From an uncultured Melioribacter sp. (GTDB lineage Bacteria; Bacteroidota; Ignavibacteria; Ignavibacteriales; Melioribacteraceae): a DNA stretch of 64,000 nucleotides. Of the stretch, positions 38,390-45,821 are shown piece by piece. The stretch spans positions 35,811 to 99,810 of the forward strand of contig CAZHHG010000001.1 of NCBI GenBank assembly GCA_964532065.1, written 5' to 3'. A program made the translations under genes and the position numbers. The notes below the pieces were generated by a model. That model was not told the origin of the DNA. It ran no database searches and saw only the letters and a program-made list of their open reading frames with translations. The number at the start of each line of letters is the position of its first letter. The first letter of the stretch is position 1.

Positions 38390-40486
38390 TTAACTCCAGC
38401 TTTCTGTTGCAGTAATCTTTTCATCGGCTCCGAACAAAATTAAAATGTCATCCTCCTGAATAACATAAACAGGATTCGGCAATATATAATTTGAGGATTC
38501 GGATTGGTCGTCGTACGGAGAGCTGTGTTTCCGGATCATCAGGATTTCGAGCCCGTACTTATTACGAAGAGCAATCTCAGAAATTCTTCTGCCTACAAAT
38601 TCCCCCGGGGCTTGTTTCTCAATTATCGAGTATCCGTCCAGCACCTTTGTCTGCTTGGTACTGCTTATAGATTTCAATTCGCGGGCAAATCCTTCAACAA
38701 CGTTATACTTAAAACTCTCCCTGTTATAAGCAGCAATTACATCCTGTCTTCTTACCGTACCGGTAACCCTGTTCTTATCTTCGGGATGAACAACAGGAAA
38801 TTCATCTGCATCCCTGCTCTCGAACAGTTTCATAATATAATCCAGGTCGTCGGTTTCCAATACCGGGTTAACATCTCTGGAGGCAATATCGCGCGCTACG
38901 AGTACCTCACGTATATGCTCATACTCGGTTATTATAGGCCTGATTTCAGCATCGGTAATTTTACCAACGATTATCCCATCTTTGTTAACCGTATAAAAAG
39001 TATTTCTGTCGCTCTCCATCAGAAAGCTCAGAACTTTCGGGAGAGGAGTTTCTTCAGGCATAATAGTTACATCTTTCTTCATAACCTGTTCAACCTTTAT
39101 CGATCTAAGCAGCAAAACATCTTTAGCCTGGGAAAGCTTATAACCCTGTTTCTCAAGATGTCTTTCATGAACCGACTTCTTCATGCTTATCTGCACGATC
39201 ATGGTACTTGCGACTACCGCCAGCATCAGCGGAAGTATAAAGGAATAGTCTTTTGTCATTTCAAAAATTATCAGTATTGCAGAGATCGGAATTGAATTAA
39301 TTCCTCCAAGAACCGCACCCATAGATACCAGAACAAATGCAGTTACATCAAATTGAAATCCAAAAAAATAATTCAACCCGGTTGCGAAAAGGAATCCGAG
39401 CGATGCTCCTATAAAGAGGGATGGCGCAAAAACTCCGCCGAATCCGCCCGAATTAAGGATTAACGGTACCAGAAAAATCTTTAGCAGAAGAAGTACCCCG
39501 ACCACTTTCCATGAAAGCGAGTTAGAAAGAATACTGTTGATTCCCGAATAACCGATTCCGAAAATATCCTTATAAAAAAATCCGCAAACTCCCACTATTA
39601 ATCCAACCAGTGTCATAACCAGCCACTGCGGATATTTTTTGAGTATCTTTTTTCTGAAAAGAGTATCAAGTGTATTCGAGTATTTTATAAATAATATTGA
39701 AATGAGTCCGGCAATTACTCCAAGAGCCGCGTATAAATAGAGATGGGAATAATCTCCAACTTCCGGACTGCTGAAAAGAAAAACAGATTGATTACCCAGA
39801 AATATTCTTGAGATTGCGCTCGAAGTAACAGAAGCAAGAATAAGTGCCGAAAATGTGGCCGCCTGAAATTCATTAAGCAGAATTATTTCCAGTGCGAAAA
39901 AGATTCCACCCATCGGTGTGTTAAAGATTGCGGCTATTGCAGCACCGGAACCTGCTGCAGTGAAAACCCTTTTACGGGAATCTGAAAGCTTGAATGTGTG
40001 AGCCAGTTTATTTGCCACACCGCCGCCGAGTTGTGCTGCGGGGGCTTCGGGCCCGACAGTATTACCTGAGCCGATACTAATAACAGGCGCAAAGAAATGA
40101 AATATTGTCGTCCGGAGAGGTATTCGGGCACCGCGCGATGCAACCGATTTAATTACTTCGGATACTCCTCTTTTAGATGCAATATCGGGTGCGGAAATGA
40201 TCATCAGACTTTGGATAAGCATACCGATTGCCGGAAGCGCGATTACTGCGGCAGCGCCTAAAAAATATAATCCGCTAGCCGTCTGTTCAAAAAAAACTTC
40301 GTTGAAGAATTCGATCGAGTGGTGGAAAAGGACCGTAGCAAATCCAACTACGGCACCGGTAATAATTGAGAGAAATGTAAAAGCAGTATAATCCGTTCTG
40401 AAAAATAAATGATACAGTCGGTTCATCAAACCGGTGATTTTTTTAAGGACTAGAAATTTATTTTGATCCTTGAGGATTTCTGCCAT
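38390..40486 (-). CDS. ClC-family voltage-gated chloride channel/antiporter with C-terminal CBS pair and TrkA_C (RCK_C) domain
   Basis: 698 aa. The ClC selectivity motifs are GSGNTVGPEAP, GGIFFALE and GVFAPSLFIGA. Two CBS repeats follow, then a terminal LDGYSIIEKQAPGEFVGRRISEIALRNKYGLEILMIRK...ILILFG segment of TrkA_C type. Confidence 0.9.
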   Translation of the reverse strand: MAEILKDQNKFLVLKKITGLMNRLYHLFFRTDYTAFTFLSIITGAVVGFATVLFHHSIEFFNEVFFEQTASGLYFLGAAAVIALPAIGMLIQSLMIISAPDIASKRGVSEVIKSVASRGARIPLRTTIFHFFAPVISIGSGNTVGPEAPAAQLGGGVANKLAHTFKLSDSRKRVFTAAGSGAAIAAIFNTPMGGIFFALEIILLNEFQAATFSALILASVTSSAISRIFLGNQSVFLFSSPEVGDYSHLYLYAALGVIAGLISILFIKYSNTLDTLFRKKILKKYPQWLVMTLVGLIVGVCGFFYKDIFGIGYSGINSILSNSLSWKVVGVLLLLKIFLVPLILNSGGFGGVFAPSLFIGASLGFLFATGLNYFFGFQFDVTAFVLVSMGAVLGGINSIPISAILIIFEMTKDYSFILPLMLAVVASTMIVQISMKKSVHERHLEKQGYKLSQAKDVLLLRSIKVEQVMKKDVTIMPEETPLPKVLSFLMESDRNTFYTVNKDGIIVGKITDAEIRPIITEYEHIREVLVARDIASRDVNPVLETDDLDYIMKLFESRDADEFPVVHPEDKNRVTGTVRRQDVIAAYNRESFKYNVVEGFARELKSISSTKQTKVLDGYSIIEKQAPGEFVGRRISEIALRNKYGLEILMIRKHSSPYDDQSESSNYILPNPVYVIQEDDILILFGADEKITATESWS

Positions 40487-40571
40487 TATCGACTAATAAT
40501 TTTATGAACGTTGAAAATTAAGTAAAAATGAATAAACAAAATAACTTTGTGGATATAATCATTTTATAAAC

Positions 40572-40601
40572 AAGTCCGCCATGAATCAACGTGGCGGACT
40601 T
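40572..40601 (-). terminator. Candidate terminator hairpin downstream of the thioesterase-like gene
   Basis: A 10-bp stem AAGTCCGCCA / TGGCGGACTT with a 10-nt loop. On the minus strand it is followed by GTTTATAAAATGATTATAT, which is U-rich but not a clean U-tract. Confidence 0.4.
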
Positions 40602-40720
40602 ATGGGGGAGGGGGGAAGAAATGATTTTTTCTGCAGTTTGAATAATTGACAAAATGAATGAACCTCCGGTTTAAAAATTATTTACCGGAAAAATTTTATC
40701 TGAGCAGGCTCTCTGAAAAA

Positions 40721-41218
40721 TTATTTTACCGGCGTAGAAAGGGCTACGTAAATTCCGTAGTGAACACCCACAAGCTTTCCTTCCGAATAAAGATAAGACT
40801 GCATTTTAATTTTGGATCTTCCTTCAAGGGATAGATTTTTTTTAAAATTTATCCAGTCTGTTTCCGTAAGGGAATTGTTAACGGCTTCAAACTCCTTAAG
40901 AGCCGGACGAAGAAACTTCATCTTGCCTTCTTTAATAACGATTGTTCCCTCAATTTTTTCACATATCATATTGTAATGGAGAAGTCCCCACCCGGCCAGG
41001 ATGCCGAGGATTGCCAGGCTTCCGCCAAAGACGGTTCCGTAATGATTATCGTTCGGTTTAAGCGGGGCGGTCAACTTAATAGATAATCTGGAAAGTTCAG
41101 TTATACTAAAATTCATAAAACCGGTTAAAGGAATATTCTGTTTTATATAATTTTCAAGCTGAAGGATTTTCTCTTTTTCTATAACAGGATCCGGCCTGTT
41201 TTCTTTTTCTATAAACAT
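40721..41218 (-). CDS. Hotdog-fold thioesterase-like protein (YiiD C-terminal-domain-like)
   Basis: 165 aa. The pattern NHYGTVFGGSLAILGILAGW...FLRP is typical of YiiD_C/DUF4442-type putative thioesterases. The call is from memory. Confidence 0.6.
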   Translation of the reverse strand: MFIEKENRPDPVIEKEKILQLENYIKQNIPLTGFMNFSITELSRLSIKLTAPLKPNDNHYGTVFGGSLAILGILAGWGLLHYNMICEKIEGTIVIKEGKMKFLRPALKEFEAVNNSLTETDWINFKKNLSLEGRSKIKMQSYLYSEGKLVGVHYGIYVALSTPVK

Positions 41219-41394
41219 GATCTCTCAATTTAGTTTTGGCAAATATATGTATTTATAAAGTGATGTCGGCAATTTGAACGTGTTTTTATTGACTCTTTAC
41301 AAATTTGTGTTTAATAGCAGAGAAGGATTATTAACCGGACTTAATTAATAATTAGTTGCAATAATCCGATAGGTTCAATCATCCGGTAATCTAA

Positions 41395-42375
41395 CTATAA
41401 TTTTTTGATTGCCATTATAGTCAGATCATCTTTTCTTGGATCGCCGTCGAGAAAACCGTAAAGCTCGCTCACTAATCTTTTTACAAATTCAGCCGGAGGG
41501 AGATTCCTGTTAACGGCAGAAAATTCTTCAAGCCGCTCCATACCATAGAGATTATCTCCCTTCATCGCTTCTGTTAAACCGTCCGAGTAGAGAAGTATCA
41601 TTTCACCGGATTTAAGATTGAAATTTGTCATCGTATATTCTGACTCACAAAAAATTCCGATCGGCATACCATTAGAATCGAGCCTGGAGATCCTGTCGCT
41701 GCCGATAAGCAGAGGCGGACAATGACCTGCATTACAGATTTCAGTTTTTCCATCCTTATTGGCTTTAACACACAACAGAGTCGCGTAGTGATAGGAAGTA
41801 GTGCTCTCGCAGAGGAGCCGGCTGGCTCTCGACATCAGATTAGCAATTCCGATACCGAGCGGAACCAAACTCTGAAACATAGCCCGGAGATGAGTCATCA
41901 GCATTGATGCGGCAATTCCTTTACCAGACACATCCCCCAGAATAAAATATAATGAATTGCTGTCCGATCCCGGATCAATCACATCGCAGTAATCGCCGCT
42001 TACGGCTCCTGCGGCGTCATAGTGATAATAGACTTCGAAACCTTTAAGACGGCGGTTGTTCTTAGGCAGCATTGCTTTCTGAATATGAGTTGCGACGGTG
42101 AGATCCTCCTCAAGTTCCTTTTGCTGATTAGTGCTCAGATGATCCAGGCAGACTCTTGTAAGAGGATCAACAATCAGGCGCTCCGGTTCTATCGGATCGC
42201 TGCACACTACACAGAGTCCGAAAGTGCCGCTGTCAATTCTCTCCAGTGCGGAGTCGACTTCTTTAAGAAGGTTTACGAGGTGCATCGGGACAATCTGACC
42301 GGAAATTGCCTTCTGAATTTTTTCTTTCCGCCAGATGAGCTGCGATTTCAAGTGGTTTAATTCCTGCCCTTCCAC
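41395..42375 (-). CDS. PP2C/SpoIIE-family serine phosphatase with N-terminal DksA/TraR-type zinc finger
   Basis: 326 aa. The N-terminal coiled coil is followed by CVVC-x17-CLDH (aa 55-79). The remainder is a SpoIIE-type PP2C (VSGDYCDV, LGDVSGKGIAASMLM, NAGHCPPLL, LYSDGLTEA, DDLTIMAIKK). Confidence 0.85.
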   Translation of the reverse strand: MEGQELNHLKSQLIWRKEKIQKAISGQIVPMHLVNLLKEVDSALERIDSGTFGLCVVCSDPIEPERLIVDPLTRVCLDHLSTNQQKELEEDLTVATHIQKAMLPKNNRRLKGFEVYYHYDAAGAVSGDYCDVIDPGSDSNSLYFILGDVSGKGIAASMLMTHLRAMFQSLVPLGIGIANLMSRASRLLCESTTSYHYATLLCVKANKDGKTEICNAGHCPPLLIGSDRISRLDSNGMPIGIFCESEYTMTNFNLKSGEMILLYSDGLTEAMKGDNLYGMERLEEFSAVNRNLPPAEFVKRLVSELYGFLDGDPRKDDLTIMAIKKL

Positions 42376-42402
42376 TTTATATCCCTTTCATAAAAATTAT
42401 AA

Positions 42403-45400
42403 TCAGTATTTCAATTTAATTTCTTTATTAGAGTACTTTCCTGAACCAGATTCAAAACGGACAAGAATTTTCTCCTTTACGTTCTTATTAATAACTTCCA
42501 GTTCCCCAGTACTTCCGCCCAATCCCTGAACGGTTACAATATAATTATCTCCCTCGATTCTTTCATTAAGAATTCTGAATCCTTCGGAGACCGACCCCGG
42601 CTTAGGAATTATGATCTTGGGTAAAACGGAAATACCTCCTTCGTGAAGAAGTTCGAGTGTTGCCTGGTTACTTAAATTGAACGAGACATTTATATTTCCT
42701 CCGTCAACCAGGTTAATTTTCTCCAGTTCGTCATTCAGAAGCGCTGAAATTAATTTTGTTCCTTGAGGGAATGAGGGACTGAAACTGATTCTTAGTGGTT
42801 CTGATGAATCCGTACTAAATTTATACGTTGTTTTCCCACTCTCTTTTTTCATTGAGAAACTGAGCAGACTTTTTCCGATCCTTATCCTGTCAACTTTCAA
42901 AGAATCCCAGTCAGCAGGTATTCCGGGAGCTAAATGAATACTATTATTAATCGCATCAACTTTAAGACCCAGCATTCCTTCGATAGCCGGCTGGAGAACC
43001 ATAGTCTGACTCCAGCACTGATGAGAACAGACCCCCGAGGGTCTATATTCCGAACCATGTAGTACTTCCTCCACAGAACCGAGCTGCCAGTTTTTATAGA
43101 CTAGCAGGTTGTTCATCATATGAGTGAAACCCTGGAGATGATTTCCGTATTTGAATTCTGCCAGGGAAGTCCAGCCGGTAAAGAGAGGCCAGACCGAACC
43201 GGTATGATATCCGCGCGGATTATAAATAGGTGAATCGTCTCTCAGTATTCTTACTCCCCAATCCGATGAAAAATAATTCTCTGCAAAATCATCAATTACA
43301 TTTACTGCCTTCGGTTTATCAAGCATTTCAAAATATACAGGTACTGCAGCCAGTACCGTTTTCTCATGATTGAAAGAGCCGTCTTTTAATTTGGAGAAGT
43401 TTAAAAAACTAATTTCATCATTCCAGAACTTTTCACTTATTATTTTCTTTACATTATCATATTCACGATTATACATTTCAGATTCTTGATTTAACATTAA
43501 CTTCTCGGCCATAACCGATGCCATCTTTAAAGCTTCTGCCCAGCATGCGGCAAGGTAGACTTCTGTATGAGCTTTATATAGTCCGCCCCCTTCCACCCAT
43601 CCGTGCCCTACATTTGTATTCTCGATAAGATGATCCTTATCGGTATCGGTCGAAAAACAATAGTCGAGCGCCATTTTAATATTAGGCCAAGTTTCACTTA
43701 TGAAATCAATATCTCCGCTATGAAGAAGATATCTTCCGGCAAGAATAATATAGAGAGGCGTAGCATCCGACGCGTCGTAGTGCACAGCGCCCGATGTGGT
43801 AAGCTCGTGAAAAATCTTACCGTTAAGGTCCTGATACTTATTGAAAAAACTCAATTGAGATTTAACTGTTTCAAAATCGCCGTAATCAAGGAGTGCGAAT
43901 GAGCTCCAGACCGCGTCCCTTCCGAAATACCATGCGTAACCGGGCCGCCCGTTTACTTTGTGTCCTCCGTTCCAACCTTTAGCCGTAGTTGAATAACCGG
44001 CAACCAGGGCTTTGCCAAGACCGGGAGTGTTTACCCTGAACCTGTCGGTTCCGATAAGCGCCCATTTATAACCTTCGTTAAAATCCTTATCAGGAGTTGT
44101 AATAGAGAGCGATCTTTCAAAAAACTCTTTTGTGTAAAGAGCCGCATCACTAAGAACTTTTACCGGATCAGTAAGTGCAGAGGTGAAATAATCTCTTGTT
44201 GTCTCCTCGCCTTCATTAGATGCCGCAATAACAAATTGAAGATTGTCATTCATTTTGAGTTCGTATTCGGTTAATGCCCCAACTGAAAAATCTGAGGAAA
44301 CAATCCCGGTAAAGATCGAATCCTTCTTTTCGAAATTCTGATACTGTCCGATAATACTTTGAACCGGTTTGCGATCAGAGCCGGTTATTATTATATGCTC
44401 GCCGCTCCCGTCTTTTAATACGAAAGAGTTAAGTCCTTTGTCCGTTGAATAATTTATTGAGTTGAAAACCTTTTCCGAATAGGGCCACATATAACGGATA
44501 TTACTCTTGAATTTAATTACAAGATTAGCCGGATAGACTCCCCTGTATTCGTAATTAATAATTGAAACAGGTTTATCGTGCGAAGCAGAAATTGTTTCGG
44601 TTAAATATGCTCTCCGGAATTTATAAATGCGGGTAAAGGACTCGGGGCGGACTTCAATTTCCGGTCTTTCATTATTAAGCCAGTAGACAGAGTCATTATA
44701 AGAGAATCTTATTCCAACCTGATAGTCCCTCAACGCCATAAACGGGTGCGCCCAGATCTCATCAATTCCGCCCTTCTCTTTTCCCATAACAAGAATTCTT
44801 TCGCCCGCAACATTCCAGAAATTTTCTGTTGCAAAACGGCTTGTAAGAAGAAGCTCGTCAGATTTTTTAAATGAAGAAACCGGATTTGAAATAAGCTTAA
44901 ATTCATTTTGTTCTGCATCGGAGAACTCTTTTACGCTGCCGGGCAGATAATTCCAGTAATATTTTTTTTGATCCTGAAATTCACCGGAGAGATATTTCAG
45001 ACAGTTTTGAACAAACATTTCGAGATGCTGCCTGCTGTTATTCGGAATTGAAAAATAGGTATATGCCCCGAGCGCCAGAATTTTTCCTTTTCCTGCCTCA
45101 TATTCAATTACAAGTCGGGAATCCTCTTTTAAAGTAATATATGACCAGTCGACGGCAACTACTTTCCCCTTTTCAGGAATTGAATCCCCGAAGAATCCAA
45201 CCTGGCGGATCTTCATGTCTGAAGTCGGGTTGAACATATATGCCCCGCCATTCAATCCGGTAAAGACTGGATGATTCCGGAACGAATGGAGTCCAAGTTT
45301 CCTTCCGTAACCGCCATCCACCGCTTCAACATATTTTGACGACGGGAGAACATTTTCGAATCCCATAAGATTCAGATAATTGAGCGCATCGACAGTTAAG

Positions 45401-45717
45401 AATAATTTCCCTCCATTCAAGACGTAATCCCGGAGTTTCGAAATCAAGAGCGGATTTTTTTCATTCTTGTTAAACTGTGTTGAATCGGTGCGGTGAATCC
45501 AGACAATCTGAAAATCACTTAAGGACTTTTCCGCGCCGGAAATCATAACCGAACTAATAAGAGAGGTTTTAAATTCCTCCCGGTTTTCAAGAAACTCAAG
45601 CGCGGATTTAAGTTCTTTATCGGAATTGATAGAATTGTTCAGATCCAGAAGAGCAATTTTTGTCTGTGAAAAAAGAATGGTTGTAAAAAGTAAAAAGAAT
45701 GAAAAGAGAAATTTCAT
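42403..45717 (-). CDS. Secreted 1104-aa glycogen-debranching-enzyme-like (amylo-alpha-1,6-glucosidase / six-hairpin) protein with extra N-terminal domains
   Basis: It has a signal peptide (FLLFTTILFSQ). The C-terminal half carries GDE_C-like strings: DATPLYIILAGRYLLHSGD, NVGHGWVEGG, EVYLAACW, GYHTGSVWPLFTGW. The N-terminal ~230 aa resemble a ThuA/class-I-amidotransferase-like fold (weak call). Confidence 0.78.
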   Translation of the reverse strand: MKFLFSFFLLFTTILFSQTKIALLDLNNSINSDKELKSALEFLENREEFKTSLISSVMISGAEKSLSDFQIVWIHRTDSTQFNKNEKNPLLISKLRDYVLNGGKLFLTVDALNYLNLMGFENVLPSSKYVEAVDGGYGRKLGLHSFRNHPVFTGLNGGAYMFNPTSDMKIRQVGFFGDSIPEKGKVVAVDWSYITLKEDSRLVIEYEAGKGKILALGAYTYFSIPNNSRQHLEMFVQNCLKYLSGEFQDQKKYYWNYLPGSVKEFSDAEQNEFKLISNPVSSFKKSDELLLTSRFATENFWNVAGERILVMGKEKGGIDEIWAHPFMALRDYQVGIRFSYNDSVYWLNNERPEIEVRPESFTRIYKFRRAYLTETISASHDKPVSIINYEYRGVYPANLVIKFKSNIRYMWPYSEKVFNSINYSTDKGLNSFVLKDGSGEHIIITGSDRKPVQSIIGQYQNFEKKDSIFTGIVSSDFSVGALTEYELKMNDNLQFVIAASNEGEETTRDYFTSALTDPVKVLSDAALYTKEFFERSLSITTPDKDFNEGYKWALIGTDRFRVNTPGLGKALVAGYSTTAKGWNGGHKVNGRPGYAWYFGRDAVWSSFALLDYGDFETVKSQLSFFNKYQDLNGKIFHELTTSGAVHYDASDATPLYIILAGRYLLHSGDIDFISETWPNIKMALDYCFSTDTDKDHLIENTNVGHGWVEGGGLYKAHTEVYLAACWAEALKMASVMAEKLMLNQESEMYNREYDNVKKIISEKFWNDEISFLNFSKLKDGSFNHEKTVLAAVPVYFEMLDKPKAVNVIDDFAENYFSSDWGVRILRDDSPIYNPRGYHTGSVWPLFTGWTSLAEFKYGNHLQGFTHMMNNLLVYKNWQLGSVEEVLHGSEYRPSGVCSHQCWSQTMVLQPAIEGMLGLKVDAINNSIHLAPGIPADWDSLKVDRIRIGKSLLSFSMKKESGKTTYKFSTDSSEPLRISFSPSFPQGTKLISALLNDELEKINLVDGGNINVSFNLSNQATLELLHEGGISVLPKIIIPKPGSVSEGFRILNERIEGDNYIVTVQGLGGSTGELEVINKNVKEKILVRFESGSGKYSNKEIKLKY

Positions 45718-45739
45718 TGGAATCTCCGCTGAATAATCC

Positions 45740-45812
45740 GTTCTTTGCGCCTGCCTTCGGAGAGACCCGGAGGTGACTTCCGGGTATTAACTCCGAAGCA
45801 AACGCAAAGAAC
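45740..45812 (-). other. 73-nt three-tier intercistronic stem-loop
   Basis: GTTCTTTGCG..CGCAAAGAAC (10 bp) encloses CTTCGGAG..CTCCGAAG (8 bp), which encloses ACCCGGA..TCCGGGT (7 bp). It begins 9 nt after the DPP-IV stop and ends 22 nt before the next ATG. No U-tract follows it on the coding (minus) strand. Confidence 0.6.
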
Positions 45813-45821
45813 TCAAAGAAA

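Noticed and set aside
38504-39295. 263-codon stop-free ORF antisense to the ClC channel gene
   Set aside because: This is unusually long for an antisense frame. However, the translation is low-complexity (Arg/Phe/Asn/Tyr-rich), has no start context and no recognisable motif. The ClC frame on the other strand has all its family motifs. I treat it as a codon-bias shadow ORF.
40602-40620. G-rich tract ATGGGGGAGGGGGGAAG
   Set aside because: It is an isolated purine run next to a terminator hairpin. It has too few G-runs for a G-quadruplex and shows no repeat or coding context.
40487-40720. Looked for a fluoride (crcB-motif) or other riboswitch in the 234-nt leader of the ClC gene
   Set aside because: No conserved riboswitch core is recognisable. 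The only strong structure is the 40572-40601 hairpin, which is better explained as the terminator of the upstream gene. This ClC is also the CBS-containing type, not ClC-F.
41236-41252. TGGCAA-N5-TGTAT string resembling a sigma-54 -24/-12 element
   Set aside because: The -12 element is wrong (TGTA instead of TTGC), and no + strand gene lies downstream.
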